Notes: generated from the letters alone by a model not told the origin. A stretch of 64,000 bases of DNA from Candidatus Latescibacterota bacterium (GCA_965205485.1 OZ242180.1:4576001-4640000); one strand, 5' to 3'; positions 1 to 11,279 are shown, numbered from the stretch's first letter. Program-made: numbers and translations.

Positions 1-329
1 GCGGTTGCCTGCAGCGCCGACAGCCGCCGCGGCCTCTCCTCCAGGCCCAGCCGTCCCATTCCGGCGCCAACCGCGCCGGACGATACGACGGCAACCTGTA
101 TTCCCGTGCGCCGCAATGCGGCCACGTCCGCGGCCAGGCGCTCGATCAACCCTGAATTCAGGCTGTGATCCTTCTGCGTGACCAGGCGCGTGCCAAGCTT
201 CAGCACGACACGACGAACCCCTTCGAACAGCGCCTGTCGTTCAGGACAGGTCCGGTTCGGATCGGAATTTCGCGCCTTTCCGTCCCCGGCTCGGACCTCT
301 CCCGACCCGTTCGTCGGCTTGCAATCCAT
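1..329 (-). CDS. proB: Glutamate 5-kinase, N-terminal part (runs off the window)
   Basis: Not in the ORF track. Manual translation from ATG 329 gives ...RRVVLKLGTRLVT...VAVVSSGAVGAG..., the G5K N-terminal motifs. The ATG overlaps the hisF stop (TAATG). Confidence 0.93.
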   Translation of the reverse strand, partial: MDCKPTNGSGEVRAGDGKARNSDPNRTCPERQALFEGVRRVVLKLGTRLVTQKDHSLNSGLIERLAADVAALRRTGIQVAVVSSGAVGAGMGRLGLEERPRRLSALQAT

Positions 330-1117
330 TACAGATCCACCCTTACCCGCGGGCGCACGCAGACGCCCCGACCGGCGAGGTACGATTTTACCTGGGGAAT
401 GCTGTATTGGCGATAATGAAAAATCGATGCCGCCAGAGCCGCGCTGGCCTTGCCCTCCTGAAGCACCCGGTACATGTGCTCAGGTCCTCCCGAACCCCCT
501 GAAGCCACGATCGGCACGTCCACAAGTTCCGCCACGGCGCGGTTCAACTCGATGTCGTAACCCTCTCGCGTTCCATCTGCGTCGATGCTGTTCAACACAA
601 GCTCCCCCGCGCCTCTGTCGACCAATTCCATCGCCCACGCCAGGGCGTCCCTGCCCGTGGACGTCCTGCCGCCGTCGATCATGACTTCCCATTCCGGCTT
701 CCCTGCCGGGTCGCCGCGTCGTACGGCATCGACGGATCCGACGATCGCCTGTGCACCGAAACGTGCCGCACCCCGGGTAATCAGATCCGGTGAACGAATC
801 GCGGCCGAATTGATGGACGCCTTTTCGGCGCCGCCCTCGATGATCGTGCAGATGTCGTCAAACGTCCGCACGCCGCCGCCCACCGTGAACGGGATAAACA
901 CCTGTTCCGATACTTGACGGACGAGATCGGTGACGATGTCCCGCTTTTCCGCCGACGCCGTAATATCGTAAAAGACGAGTTCGTCCGCGCCTTCCTCGTC
1001 GTACCGGCGGGCCAGCTCAACAGGGTCTCCGGCGTCGCGGTCGGCCGAGAACTTCACACCGCGCACGTTCCGGCCGTTCTTGACGTCCAGACAGGGAATG
1101 ATGCGTTTCGCTAACAT
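329..1117 (-). CDS. hisF: Imidazole glycerol phosphate synthase cyclase subunit
   Basis: MLAKRIIPCLDVK, GDPVELA, IPFTVGGG, SIDADGTREGYD, ALAASIFH. Confidence 0.97.
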   Translation of the reverse strand: MLAKRIIPCLDVKNGRNVRGVKFSADRDAGDPVELARRYDEEGADELVFYDITASAEKRDIVTDLVRQVSEQVFIPFTVGGGVRTFDDICTIIEGGAEKASINSAAIRSPDLITRGAARFGAQAIVGSVDAVRRGDPAGKPEWEVMIDGGRTSTGRDALAWAMELVDRGAGELVLNSIDADGTREGYDIELNRAVAELVDVPIVASGGSGGPEHMYRVLQEGKASAALAASIFHYRQYSIPQVKSYLAGRGVCVRPRVRVDL

Positions 1118-1719
1118 ACCCGCTCCGCAAAATTCTTCAGGATGCGCAGTCCCAGATCCTGGCTCTTCTCTGGATGAAACTGAATCCCGTAGGTCGCCCC
1201 CCGGCCCGCGATCGACGTGTAATCGAGCGCGTAATCGGTGGTTGCCACGCAATCGGATTCCAATTCGGCATCAACGTAGTATGAATGTACGAAATAGAAG
1301 AACGCTTCATCCGGTATACCCGCAAGAAGCGGAGTCTGCTTCTGAATCCGAATCTGGTTCCATCCGATCTGAGGCACCCGCACCCCGTCCGGGAACCGGC
1401 GAACCGATCCGGGCAGAACGCCAAATCCGCGGTGGCGGCCCATCTCGCTGCTTTCGGAAAACAGAAGTTGAAGACCAACGCAGATTCCGAGGAATGGCCG
1501 ACCGCTGGAAATCGAACGCTTCAGAGGTTCCACCAGTCCCGCCGTCTTCAGATTCACCATCGCGTCTCCGAAGGCGCCGACGCCGGGCAACACCACGCGG
1601 TCGGCACGGTCCACGTCTTCCGGTCGATCCGTAATCGCCGCGGCGTGTCCGACACGCTCAAACCCCTTTTGTACGCTGCGCAGATTGCCTATGCCACAGT
1701 CCACAATCACAATCATCAC
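1111..1719 (-). CDS. hisH: Imidazole glycerol phosphate synthase glutamine amidotransferase subunit
   Basis: GNLRSV, LPGVGAF, LGICVGLQ, YFVHSY, QFHPEKS. Confidence 0.97.
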   Translation of the reverse strand: MMIVIVDCGIGNLRSVQKGFERVGHAAAITDRPEDVDRADRVVLPGVGAFGDAMVNLKTAGLVEPLKRSISSGRPFLGICVGLQLLFSESSEMGRHRGFGVLPGSVRRFPDGVRVPQIGWNQIRIQKQTPLLAGIPDEAFFYFVHSYYVDAELESDCVATTDYALDYTSIAGRGATYGIQFHPEKSQDLGLRILKNFAERVC

Positions 1720-1762
1720 GACCTCCGACCGGAACCCCGCACAGTGTTCTGCCCCGGAGACA

Positions 1763-2587
1763 TCAAAGCGAGGTTCCCAGCTCCTCGGAACGCCGGGTCG
1801 CGGCTTCCACCGCCTTCATCAGCGCGGCCCGTAGTCCCCCGGTTTCCAACGCCTGCAGTCCGGCGATGGTGGTACCGCCGGCGGACGTTACCTGGTCTTT
1901 CAACACCGCCGGGTGCTGCCCGCTCTCGATCACCATCTTTGCACCGCCGAATACCGTTTCCGCGGCCAGTTTGAGCGCAACGGGCCTGGGAATTCCCATC
2001 CTGACGCCCCCGTCGGCCAGTGCATCGATCATCACGTACACAAAGGCAGGGCCGCTGCCTGAAAGCCCGGTAACCGCATCCATCTGCGCTTCGCCCAGGC
2101 GGACGGACGCGCCGACCGACTCCAGAATGGCCTCGGCAGCAGCCAAATGTGCGTCCCGTGCGAATCGGCCGGGGCAGATCGCCGTGACGGACGCGCGGAT
2201 CTGTGCGAGGATATTCGGCATCGCCCGCACAACTGGGACTCGCCCGCCCAGAACCTCCTCAATCGCCCCGGTCCGTACGCCGCCCATGATGGAAATCACC
2301 AGCTGCCGCCCGGTAAGCAGCGCTGCCAGCGGCGCAACGACCGACGCCCAGACCTGGGGCTTCAATCCGAGCACCACCACGTCCTGCCGGGCAGCGGCCG
2401 CGGAGACGTCGCGGACGGTATTGACACCCAGGGTCCGCCGGTGAGACGCCAGCAATTCATCGTCGATATCCACCGCCGTCACCCGTTCCGGCGGCACGGC
2501 GCCGGATTGCACCAGCCCCGCGATCAAGGCGCCGCCCATATTCCCGGCCCCGATGAAGGCGACGTGTTTGTCCCTTAATTCATCCAT
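1763..2587 (-). CDS. proC: Pyrroline-5-carboxylate reductase
   Basis: FIGAGNMG, VRAMPN, TGLSGSGPA, VTSAGGTT. Confidence 0.96.
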   Translation of the reverse strand: MDELRDKHVAFIGAGNMGGALIAGLVQSGAVPPERVTAVDIDDELLASHRRTLGVNTVRDVSAAAARQDVVVLGLKPQVWASVVAPLAALLTGRQLVISIMGGVRTGAIEEVLGGRVPVVRAMPNILAQIRASVTAICPGRFARDAHLAAAEAILESVGASVRLGEAQMDAVTGLSGSGPAFVYVMIDALADGGVRMGIPRPVALKLAAETVFGGAKMVIESGQHPAVLKDQVTSAGGTTIAGLQALETGGLRAALMKAVEAATRRSEELGTSL

Positions 2588-2644
2588 ACCATGCATTCCG
2601 ATCCGGAGTCCTGTTCCGTGGCCCGGCCTCTACAATGAGCGGGT

Positions 2645-3574
2645 TCACTGATAGACATAGGTCAGCCAGCCGTGCCGGTCCTCCGCCTCGCCCCACACAA
2701 CGCCGAAATACGCGTCCTGAAGAGCCTTTGTGACGGGTCCGCGCGTCCCTTCACCGACTGGAATGTGATCAATTCGTGCGATTGGCGTCACTTCCGCCGC
2801 GCTGCCGGTAAAGAAGACTTCGTCGGCGATGTACAGCGACTCCCTGGGTATGTCGCGCTGGGTTACCGAGTAGCCAAGATCGCGCGCCAGCGTAATGACC
2901 GTGTGACGGGTAATTCCCGGCAGAATCGACGATCCGGTGGAGGGGGTGTAAATCGCGCCGTTCTTTACCATGAAGATGTTCTCTCCGCTTGCTTCGCTCA
3001 CGTGGCCCTGCGCATCCAGGGCGATTCCCTCGACGTATCCATCGGCAAGCGCCTCCAGCTTGATCAACTGCGAGTTCATGTAGTTGGCGCCGACCTTTGC
3101 AAGCGAAGGCATGGTGTTGGGCGCCAGCCGGTTCCACGAGGAAAAACGAACCTCGGCTCCCTTTTCCAGCGCCTCCTCGCCGAGATAGGCGCCCCATTCC
3201 CAAACCGCAATGACGACTTCCACGGGACAGGACGTGGGATCCACGCCCAGACTGTTGTATCCTCGAAAGATCACGGGTCGAACGTAACACCCCTGAAGTC
3301 CATTCGTACGGATAGACTCCAGAATAGCCCGGGAGATCTCCTCACGTTCATAAGGAATCGGCATCCGGTAGATCTTGGCTGAATCGTACAGACGATTCAC
3401 GTGGTCCGCCAAACGGAAACAGGCCGGTCCCCTTCGAGCATTGTAACATCGAACCCCCTCAAAAACACTGGATCCGTAGTGCACCACGTGAGACAGCACG
3501 TGGATCCTTGCGTCGTCCCAATCTACGAACGTTCCATTAAACCAGATCTTGTCCGCCTTAGGCATCGGAGGCAT
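2645..3574 (-). CDS. ilvE: Branched-chain amino acid aminotransferase
   Basis: [36 protein letters not shown]. Start placed after a GAGGGAAGAG SD-like tract. Confidence 0.96.
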   Translation of the reverse strand: MPPMPKADKIWFNGTFVDWDDARIHVLSHVVHYGSSVFEGVRCYNARRGPACFRLADHVNRLYDSAKIYRMPIPYEREEISRAILESIRTNGLQGCYVRPVIFRGYNSLGVDPTSCPVEVVIAVWEWGAYLGEEALEKGAEVRFSSWNRLAPNTMPSLAKVGANYMNSQLIKLEALADGYVEGIALDAQGHVSEASGENIFMVKNGAIYTPSTGSSILPGITRHTVITLARDLGYSVTQRDIPRESLYIADEVFFTGSAAEVTPIARIDHIPVGEGTRGPVTKALQDAYFGVVWGEAEDRHGWLTYVYQ

Positions 3575-3676
3575 TTCTCTTCCCTCTCGGCTAGATGAAC
3601 GGATATGCCGCGGAAGACGCCCCGCGGACATATCGTCCCCATTCGGCAATCCGCGATGGTACGCGACACATGTCGG

Positions 3677-4510
3677 CTATCGGCTCCCGTGAAGCTGCCC
3701 GCTGAAATCGCAAGATGCCTTGAGCGCGCGGGAAATCCGCTCATATTCCGGTATGGAGACGGCTTCCGGCCGCAACCTGAAGTCGATTTCCGCCATTGCT
3801 CCCACGCGCTGCAGGATCTCCATCCGGCCATGCGCCATTCCCAGCAACGCGTTTTTCAGCATCTTCCGCCGCTGACCGAAAGCCGCACGGACCACGCGAA
3901 AGAAAAACCGCTCATCCTGAATACGGTAGCGGGTCTCCGTGTGGAAATCCAACCGTATCACGGACGAAAAGACCCCTGGCGCCGGGTGAAATACATCGGG
4001 GGCCAGGTCGAACAGCGTCTTCGGATCGGAATGCAACTGAACGGCAATAGACAGCACGCCATAGTCTCTGTTGCCCGGAGCGGCGACAATCCGTCGGGCA
4101 ACCTCCCGCTGAACGGTCAGAACGGCCCGTTTGAACCGGCACCGCGCATCCAGGATTCGCTGTATGACCGCGCCCGTAATGTAATACGGCAGGTTTCCCA
4201 CCAGAATCGCACGATCGAATCCTTCCCCGCGAATCAGATCGGAAAAGTCAACCGTCAGCACATCCTGATTGCGCAGATGCAGCCCGCGTCCGAAGCGGGA
4301 CCCCAGGAAATCACAGAGCGCCGCATCTCGCTCGATTCCGATGACTTTGCCCGATTGCGCCAACAGCCGGCCGGTCAGTGCGCCGCGGCCCGGACCGATT
4401 TCAACCACCAGGTCATCGGCCCGGACGCCTGCAGCCCTGACGATTCTCCGGACGACCCCGACGTCGGTCAGGAAATGCTGTGCAAGGCCCTTTTTAGGCT
4501 TGGTCATCAC
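3677..4510 (-). CDS. rsmA: 16S rRNA (A1518/A1519) dimethyltransferase
   Basis: PKKGLAQHFL, EIGPGRG, GNLPYYIT, FGQRRKML. Confidence 0.96.
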   Translation of the reverse strand: MMTKPKKGLAQHFLTDVGVVRRIVRAAGVRADDLVVEIGPGRGALTGRLLAQSGKVIGIERDAALCDFLGSRFGRGLHLRNQDVLTVDFSDLIRGEGFDRAILVGNLPYYITGAVIQRILDARCRFKRAVLTVQREVARRIVAAPGNRDYGVLSIAVQLHSDPKTLFDLAPDVFHPAPGVFSSVIRLDFHTETRYRIQDERFFFRVVRAAFGQRRKMLKNALLGMAHGRMEILQRVGAMAEIDFRLRPEAVSIPEYERISRALKASCDFSGQLHGSR

Positions 4511-5271
4511 ATCAATCCGAAAAGCCTGCGGGCATTCTCCGTGGTTCGGGCGGCGAGACCGTCCAGCGGCTCGTTCGCACGTCCGGCCAGGAATTCGGCA
4601 ATCTGCCGTACGTATGCCGGCTCATTTCGCCGACCTCTGTGCGGGACCGGCGCAAGATACGGACAATCGGTTTCCAGGAGGACACGATCGGGCGGAGTCT
4701 CCAGCGCCACGGACAACGCCGTGGAGCGATTGTACGTGACAGTCCCGCCGAATCCGAGATGGAACCCAAGGTCCACCGCCCGCTTCGCCTGGTCGGTACA
4801 GCCCCCGAAGCAGTGCAGCGCGCCGCCGGCCGCATTGCCGCCTTCCGCTTCGAGAATGTCCATCACCCTGTCCTCCGCGCCACGACTGTGGATCACAAGC
4901 GGAAGTCCTGTCTGCCGTGCCAGACGAATGTGGAACCGGAACATCCGTTCCTGAAGGGGCCGCGGCGCATAGTCCCGAAAGTAATCCAGACCCGTCTCGC
5001 CGACGGCCACAACCTTTCCGTTCAATGTCAGCCGCTTCAGCGCTTTCAATCCGTCCGCATCGGCCAGTTCGACGTCGTGTGGATGAAAACCCGCTGTCGC
5101 GTAGACCCCGTCATGGGACCGGGCGAGGTCCAGCGCGGTCCTGCTCACATCCAGATTCGTGCCGACGTTGACGATGATTCCGACCCCCGCCTTGCGGGCA
5201 CGCCGGATCGTCGCCTCCTTGTCGCCCTTGAACTGGGGGAAATTGAGATGGGCATGAGTATCGACGAACAT
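4507..5271 (-). CDS. tatD: TatD family nuclease/hydrolase
   Basis: MFVDTHAHL, GFHPH, GETGLDY, IHSR, HCF, ETDCPYLAP. Confidence 0.95.
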   Translation of the reverse strand: MFVDTHAHLNFPQFKGDKEATIRRARKAGVGIIVNVGTNLDVSRTALDLARSHDGVYATAGFHPHDVELADADGLKALKRLTLNGKVVAVGETGLDYFRDYAPRPLQERMFRFHIRLARQTGLPLVIHSRGAEDRVMDILEAEGGNAAGGALHCFGGCTDQAKRAVDLGFHLGFGGTVTYNRSTALSVALETPPDRVLLETDCPYLAPVPHRGRRNEPAYVRQIAEFLAGRANEPLDGLAARTTENARRLFGLM

Positions 5272-5275
5272 CCTC

Positions 5276-7180
5276 TCAGCCCACCTCGGCCCCGTCGGGT
5301 ACGTCGGCGTCCGGTTGCAGCAGGGCGACACGCCCGTCCGCCGATGCCGCCAGCAGCATTCCTTCAGACGACACCCCCCGGATCGTCGCCGGCTCCAGAT
5401 TGGCCACCACCACGATCTGACGGCCAACCAGCGATTCCGGCTGGTATTGTTCAGCCACCCCGGCCACGATCTGGCGCTGCTCCTCACCCAGGCTGACCTG
5501 CAAAGCCAGCAGGCGGTCGGCGCCCGGGACCCGTTCTGCGGATTCCACCCTGGCCACGCGAAACTCAAGCTTCTGAAACTCACTGAACGGGACCAGAGCA
5601 CCTTTGCCGTCATCCATGTCAGTCTTCTCCGAATGGTCCTCTTCTACCGGTTCGATCCTGGGAAAGATCGGCCCTCCAGGGTTCACCTCTGCCCCGGCAC
5701 GCAGCCCGCCCCAGGGTTCGAGCCCGTGTATGGTCTGCGTCTTCACTTCGCCATCCGCGCCAATCTGCGCCCAGATCTCCTCCGCTTTGCCCGGCAGGAC
5801 CGGAAACAGCAGTACCGCAAGATGGCGCATCGTTTCGAGAAGGCCGTAGAGTGTTGCCTTCAGGGTATCCTTGCTATTGGGATCTCTGGCGAGGTTCCAC
5901 GGCGCCTGCGCCTCCGCAAAGCGATTCGCCTGCCGGACGAGGTCCCAGATCGCGTCCAGGATTCCCGTGGGATTCATCTTCTCCAGCGCGTCGGTCACAC
6001 CCTCCAGCGTCTTGCGGGCCTGCGCCTTCAGCGAGTAGAGGTCGGGGTGGTTCAAGTCCGCCGCGGGCGCCCGCCCGCCCATGTATCGACTGGCCATGAC
6101 CACGGTGCGATTCAGCAGATTCCCCAGGTCGTTTGCCAGCTCGGAGTTGTACCGGTGGACGAATCCCGTTTCCCCGAAACTGCTGTCCAAACCCAGCACC
6201 ATCTCGCGCACCAGAAAGTACCGAAAGGCGTCCACGCCGTATTTTTCGGCCAGATCCAGGGGACGTATCGCATTGCCCAGGGACTTGCTCATCTTCTCCT
6301 CGTCGACGAGCCACCATCCGTGGGCCATCACGGTTTCCGGGGTCTCGACGCCCATCGCCTTCAACATGGTGGGCCAGTATATGCAATGCGTGGTTAATAT
6401 ATCTTTGCCGATCAGATGACAGGAGGCGGGCCACCACCTTGCGAAGTCTTCCGTATCCTGAAGATATCCAGCCGCCGTAATGTAGTTGATCAGCGCGTCG
6501 AACCAGACGTAACAGACGTAGGATTCGTCGAACGGCAGTGGAATGCCCCAGGACAATCGGGCTTTCGGGCGGGAGATACACAGATCGTTGAGAGGCCGGC
6601 GCAGAAAACCGAGCATTTCGTTTCTGCGCGAAGCGGGAAGCACGAACCGGGGGTCGTTACGGATTCGGTCCGTCAGCCACGCCTGGTATTTCCCCATGCG
6701 GAAGAAGTAGTTCTTCTCCGATATCCGCGCCACCTCGCGCCCGCACTCCGGGCATTTCCCGTCCACGAGGTCCTTCTTCGTCCAGAACCGTTCGTCCGGT
6801 ACGCAATACCAGCCCTCATAGTCGTCCGAATAGATCTCTCCGGCTTCGTACAGACGCTGGAGAATCTGCTGCACGACGCGCCTGTGCCGGGATTCCGTGG
6901 TTCGAATGAAGTCATCGTAAGAAATATCCAGGGTCGCCCAGAGCCTTCGAAAGCGTTCGACCATCTCGTCGCAGTGTTCCTGCGGGGCGACGCCACGCTC
7001 CTTCGCTGCCTGGGCCACCTTCTGACCGTGCTCGTCCGTCCCCGTCAGAAACAGTACCTCGTCGCCCGCAATCCGATGATACCTGGCAAAGACGTCCGCC
7101 ATGATGGTCGTATACGCATGACCCAGGTGCGGTTCGTCATTCACGTAGTATATCGGTGTTGTTATGTAAAACCGCCCCAT
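5276..7180 (-). CDS. metG: Methionine--tRNA ligase with C-terminal tRNA-binding domain
   Basis: YITTPIYYVN, HLGH, GTDEHG, YVWFDAL, KMSKS. Confidence 0.98.
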   Translation of the reverse strand: MGRFYITTPIYYVNDEPHLGHAYTTIMADVFARYHRIAGDEVLFLTGTDEHGQKVAQAAKERGVAPQEHCDEMVERFRRLWATLDISYDDFIRTTESRHRRVVQQILQRLYEAGEIYSDDYEGWYCVPDERFWTKKDLVDGKCPECGREVARISEKNYFFRMGKYQAWLTDRIRNDPRFVLPASRRNEMLGFLRRPLNDLCISRPKARLSWGIPLPFDESYVCYVWFDALINYITAAGYLQDTEDFARWWPASCHLIGKDILTTHCIYWPTMLKAMGVETPETVMAHGWWLVDEEKMSKSLGNAIRPLDLAEKYGVDAFRYFLVREMVLGLDSSFGETGFVHRYNSELANDLGNLLNRTVVMASRYMGGRAPAADLNHPDLYSLKAQARKTLEGVTDALEKMNPTGILDAIWDLVRQANRFAEAQAPWNLARDPNSKDTLKATLYGLLETMRHLAVLLFPVLPGKAEEIWAQIGADGEVKTQTIHGLEPWGGLRAGAEVNPGGPIFPRIEPVEEDHSEKTDMDDGKGALVPFSEFQKLEFRVARVESAERVPGADRLLALQVSLGEEQRQIVAGVAEQYQPESLVGRQIVVVANLEPATIRGVSSEGMLLAASADGRVALLQPDADVPDGAEVG

Positions 7181-7202
7181 ACATTCATCCGATAAATGGC
7201 AA

Positions 7203-8318
7203 TCAGCCGTTGTCGGCCGTGCCTCCGGTCCAATCCAACCCGCCGGAAGACTGCTGATTCGCGACGCTCCTTACCTCCCGCCACAGCGAAACGAGGCCCA
7301 CGTACAGATTGACGTTGCGCCGGTTCATCTCACGCAGGGATTCGATCTTTTCGGCTGTACGCCTTACGCCATCCAGACCCAGCACGCGGGACAATCGCCG
7401 GATTTCGTCGATCCGGCCGCCATGGGTCACGCCGCCGGCGTCGCCATAATGGAGAAGAATGGCGTCCCGAAGCCATATCTCCGCGCCGCCGAGCATTTGC
7501 AGGGCCTCATCTCTGTTGGCGGCCAGCCTCTCCAGCGCCGCGTGGATTCTCGCTTCCTCTTCCCACAGGAGCGCGGACAGAAACCGGTACCCCCTGTCCT
7601 GCTGGCCGTCGACCTCATGAACGGCCATTTCGCGGGCGCGCCTGAGGTTTCCGCCGCAGGTTCGCGCTATGGACATCGCCGCCTCGTCGCCGATATCGCG
7701 TTCATTCGACAACATCCGCGCCGCGTCGTCAACCGAAACAGGGGAAAACACCACCCACTGGCATCGGGAGACGATGGTCGGCAGCAGGGAATCCTGCGCG
7801 GACGCCGTGAGAATCAACAGTGACCGGGCGGGAGGTTCTTCGAGCGTTTTCAGCAGCGCATTGGCGGCTTCCACGCGCATCCGATCCGCGTGCAGGATGA
7901 CCGCCACCCGCCATCCCCCCTCGAACGCGCCATATGCGAACTGTTTCTGCAGGGTTCGAATCTGCCCGATTGCATGGGTGGAATGGTCGGCCGGCAGCGG
8001 GTATCCGTAAGGATCCTCCGCGATACGGACCAGCGTCTCCCGCTCCGCCTCGGGCGACGACCGCTGCGAAAACGGAAACAGCAGAGACAGGTCAGGGTGG
8101 TTCAGGCCCGCAGTCTTCCTGCATCCCCGGCAGTTTTCACAGCATCCCGCGTTCCCCCCGTCGCAGTAGAGACTCCTCGCCATTTCGAAGGCTGCGGCCG
8201 CTTTCCCCGTACCCTCCGGTCCGGTAAAGAGGAGGGCGTGCGGCAGATTTGCGCTACCCGCCATCCGCTCGAGCCGCTCCGTCACTCGTTTCTGTCCCAC
8301 GACCGCCCGGTTGAACAT
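7203..8318 (-). CDS. holB: DNA polymerase III delta-prime subunit
   Basis: HALLFTGPEGTGK, Cys Zn cluster, HPD, AANALLKTLEEP, TIVSRC. Confidence 0.93.
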   Translation of the reverse strand: MFNRAVVGQKRVTERLERMAGSANLPHALLFTGPEGTGKAAAAFEMARSLYCDGGNAGCCENCRGCRKTAGLNHPDLSLLFPFSQRSSPEAERETLVRIAEDPYGYPLPADHSTHAIGQIRTLQKQFAYGAFEGGWRVAVILHADRMRVEAANALLKTLEEPPARSLLILTASAQDSLLPTIVSRCQWVVFSPVSVDDAARMLSNERDIGDEAAMSIARTCGGNLRRAREMAVHEVDGQQDRGYRFLSALLWEEEARIHAALERLAANRDEALQMLGGAEIWLRDAILLHYGDAGGVTHGGRIDEIRRLSRVLGLDGVRRTAEKIESLREMNRRNVNLYVGLVSLWREVRSVANQQSSGGLDWTGGTADNG

Positions 8319-8339
8319 TCGCCGTCGCCTGCCGTTTGA

Positions 8340-8843
8340 TTAGACTTTGCCGTTCACCCACCCGGTGAATTGTCCATTCAGCGCCTTCAACATGACAAGC
8401 GCATCTTCAGCGGGCGACGTGTAATACCCGTTGCGAATCGCGACGGTCCGGAATCCGAGTTTCCTGTAGAGCCCGATGGCGGACAGATTGGAAACCCGCA
8501 CTTCCAGGGTGACGACATCCGCATTTCGCTCGGACAGCCCGTTCAGTACGGCCGCCAGGAACCGTCTCCCGAGTCCGCGGCGCCGAAAGGCGGGGAGCAC
8601 GGCAAGATTGGCCAGATGATATTCGCCGGTCACGAGAAAACCAACCGCATACGCGACGACCCGATTGCCGTTCAAACAGACCAGGCTGTAACCGTCCCGT
8701 CTTTCCAACGCGTCTTCGAAGTCTTTTCGCCGCCAGGGGTCCGCGAACCCCTCGCGCTCGATCGCGACGACCGCGTCCAGGTGTCCCGCGCCCATTTCAT
8801 CCAACCTGAATTCGGCATTCCTCTCCTGCGACTCGACCCGCAT
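8340..8843 (-). CDS. rimI: Ribosomal protein S18 alanine N-acetyltransferase
   Basis: NLAV..RRRGLG, LEVRVSN..AIGLY..GF, R.GYY..EDALVM. Start uncertain (8843 or 8885). Confidence 0.92.
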   Translation of the reverse strand: MRVESQERNAEFRLDEMGAGHLDAVVAIEREGFADPWRRKDFEDALERRDGYSLVCLNGNRVVAYAVGFLVTGEYHLANLAVLPAFRRRGLGRRFLAAVLNGLSERNADVVTLEVRVSNLSAIGLYRKLGFRTVAIRNGYYTSPAEDALVMLKALNGQFTGWVNGKV

Positions 8844-8865
8844 CGAATTCGGACTCCTTCGGCAG

Positions 8866-9549
8866 TTATCCTGTAGTTCCCGCACTTTCGGCCTGACTCC
8901 GGCGATGGTACTCGGGCTCCGCCGTCGCCAGGTCGACCGCGTTTCCGTGCCTCAGGGCCTCAACACCCAGAAGCGCCACGGACGCGCCGCAAGGATGGTT
9001 GGACGCGGGTGCGAATCCGGCGTCTTCACCCAGATGCGCCTGGATCCGGTTCCGGTATTTCGAGCCGCCCTCACCGACAATCAACACCGGCTTCGGGAGC
9101 TTCGGAATCAGATCTTCAAGAGGAAGCGCGGAATCCGGAAGACGGGCCGTCAGGGCGCCATCGTCGAGACTGTACACACCCGCGTAGACGTCGCCGCGAC
9201 GGGCATCGAGCATTGCGCAGACCGGCATGCGTTCGAAGATAACCCGGGCGGCGAGCCCCTTCAGGGTCGAGACGGTCAGGAGCGGAAGATCCAACGCGAA
9301 ACACAGGCCCTTTGCGGCGGCCATCCCGATCCGAAGGCCCGTAAACGAGCCCGGACCGGATCCCACGGCCACCCCGTGGAGGTCCGCGGCCGCGATGCCC
9401 GCGTCCTGAACGGCCCGTTCCGCCATGGCAATCGTCCGCTCGGCGTGCCGCAGCCCCGTATTCTGCGAGTAACACGTCAGTATCCGGTCTTCGTCGACCA
9501 GACCGACACTGCACACCGGTGTCGAGGTTTCGATACCCAGCACGTACAT
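8866..9549 (-). CDS. tsaB: tRNA t6A biosynthesis protein TsaB
   Basis: LGIETST, GPGSFTGLRIG, DARRGDVY. Confidence 0.96.
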   Translation of the reverse strand: MYVLGIETSTPVCSVGLVDEDRILTCYSQNTGLRHAERTIAMAERAVQDAGIAAADLHGVAVGSGPGSFTGLRIGMAAAKGLCFALDLPLLTVSTLKGLAARVIFERMPVCAMLDARRGDVYAGVYSLDDGALTARLPDSALPLEDLIPKLPKPVLIVGEGGSKYRNRIQAHLGEDAGFAPASNHPCGASVALLGVEALRHGNAVDLATAEPEYHRRSQAESAGTTG

Positions 9550-9596
9550 CGCTCAACCTCACGCGGGACCCGCTGTGCCGCTTTCGCCCCACGATG

Positions 9597-10619
9597 TCAC
9601 AACAGGCGCCCCTGCTGTCCTTCAGGCGGGGTCAATCCGAGATGTCGCCAGGCCAGTGGCGTGGCCTGCCGTCCTCTGTGGGTGCGCAGCAGAAATCCTT
9701 CCTGAATCAGGTAGGGCTCGTAGACGTCCTCGATCGTATCCTGCTCTTCACCCAGCGCGGCCGCCAGGTTATTCAGACCCACCGGCCCGCCACCGTACTT
9801 CTCAACCAGCATCGACAGGAGTCGGCGATCCATTTCGTCCAGGCCTTCGTCGTCGATATCGGCAAGTTCCAGCGCGCGACCCGCAACGTCCAGAGTAATC
9901 GTGCCCTGCGCACGCGCCTGCGCGTAATCCCGCGACCTTCTTAACAGCCGGGTGGCGATCCGGGCCGTTCCCCGCGACCGCCGCGCGATTTCGTATGCGC
10001 CTTCCGACTGGATCCTGATTTTCAGTATCCGCGCGGCGCGTTCGACGATCGTCTGCAATTCAGTTTCGGTATAGAAGTCCAGCCGCTCGATAATGCCGAA
10101 CCGGTCCCGCATCGGAGCAGTCAGAAGGCCGTATCGCGTGGTTGCGCCAATGAGTGTAAAACGATCGAGAGGAACCCGGTAAGAGCGCGCGCCGGGCCCG
10201 CTATCGAGCATGATGTCCAGGACGAAGTCCTCCATTGCGGGATACAGCGTTTCCTCCACGACCCGGTTCATGCGATGAATCTCGTCAACGAAAAGGACGT
10301 CCTTTTCGTTCAGATTGGTCAGCAGGCCGGCCAGGTCCGCCGCACGTTCGAGTACGGGGCCGGAGGTCGGCACGATCTCGGCGCCCAGCTCGTTGGCGAC
10401 GACGTATGCCAGCGTTGTCTTTCCAAGCCCCGGTGGACCATAGAGAAGCGCGTGGTCCATGGCGTCGCCCCGGTGCATTGCCGCATCGACCGCGATTCGC
10501 AGCTTCTCCTTGACTTTCTCCTGTCCCGTCATATCGGCGAATCGACCCGGGCGCAGCTGGTCGTCGCCTTCGAACCGGTCCCGGTCCTGCATCTGGGGGT
10601 CGCTTATCCTTCCGTTCAT
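9597..10619 (-). CDS. ruvB: Holliday junction helicase RuvB
   Basis: [31 protein letters not shown]. Confidence 0.98.
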   Translation of the reverse strand: MNGRISDPQMQDRDRFEGDDQLRPGRFADMTGQEKVKEKLRIAVDAAMHRGDAMDHALLYGPPGLGKTTLAYVVANELGAEIVPTSGPVLERAADLAGLLTNLNEKDVLFVDEIHRMNRVVEETLYPAMEDFVLDIMLDSGPGARSYRVPLDRFTLIGATTRYGLLTAPMRDRFGIIERLDFYTETELQTIVERAARILKIRIQSEGAYEIARRSRGTARIATRLLRRSRDYAQARAQGTITLDVAGRALELADIDDEGLDEMDRRLLSMLVEKYGGGPVGLNNLAAALGEEQDTIEDVYEPYLIQEGFLLRTHRGRQATPLAWRHLGLTPPEGQQGRLL

Positions 10620-10681
10620 TCCAAACCGTCTTCCGTTGTTACACCGGTCCCGTATGGGTTTCACAACGTCCCGGCCCGGGC

Positions 10682-11275
10682 CTACAGTCGCCGAAGCGCT
10701 TCTCGAATGATTGCTTCTACCGGCGCCTCGTTACCCTGGTCGTCGATCGCATGGTTGACCACGCTCCGGGCCTTCACCTGGGGGACGCCCAGACCCTCGA
10801 GCGCTTTTGCCGCTTCTTCAGCCCGTCCTGCCGCAACGGGCGATACCCGCTCCACACCGTCGTCATCGGGAACATCGCCGATCCGGTCCTTCAATTCAAG
10901 CACGAGCCGCTGCGCCAGTTTCCGGCCGATCCCCTTGATCCGGGTGAGTCCGGGGGCATCGTCCGATACCACCAGCCTGCGAAAATCCCGAATCTGAACG
11001 CCGGAGAGAATCTTCTGGGCCAACGGCGGGCCGATTCCCGAAACAGAGATCAGCAACTCGAACAGGTCCCGCTCGGCCTCAGTTGCGAACCCGTATATCG
11101 TCAGCGCATCATCGCGTACGTGCAGATGGGTCAGTAATTTGACGGTTTCCCCATGTCCCCGGCCCGAGTCATAGCTTGACATTGGAATGTGAACGAAAAA
11201 GCCGACACCTGCAACGTCGACGACCAGATGCGTCGGGCTGTTTACGGCCAGTTTGCCTTCGAGATAGGCAATCAT
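10682..11275 (-). CDS. ruvA: Holliday junction DNA-binding subunit RuvA
   Basis: [38 protein letters not shown]. Confidence 0.97.
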   Translation of the reverse strand: MIAYLEGKLAVNSPTHLVVDVAGVGFFVHIPMSSYDSGRGHGETVKLLTHLHVRDDALTIYGFATEAERDLFELLISVSGIGPPLAQKILSGVQIRDFRRLVVSDDAPGLTRIKGIGRKLAQRLVLELKDRIGDVPDDDGVERVSPVAAGRAEEAAKALEGLGVPQVKARSVVNHAIDDQGNEAPVEAIIREALRRL

Positions 11276-11279
11276 TCGA

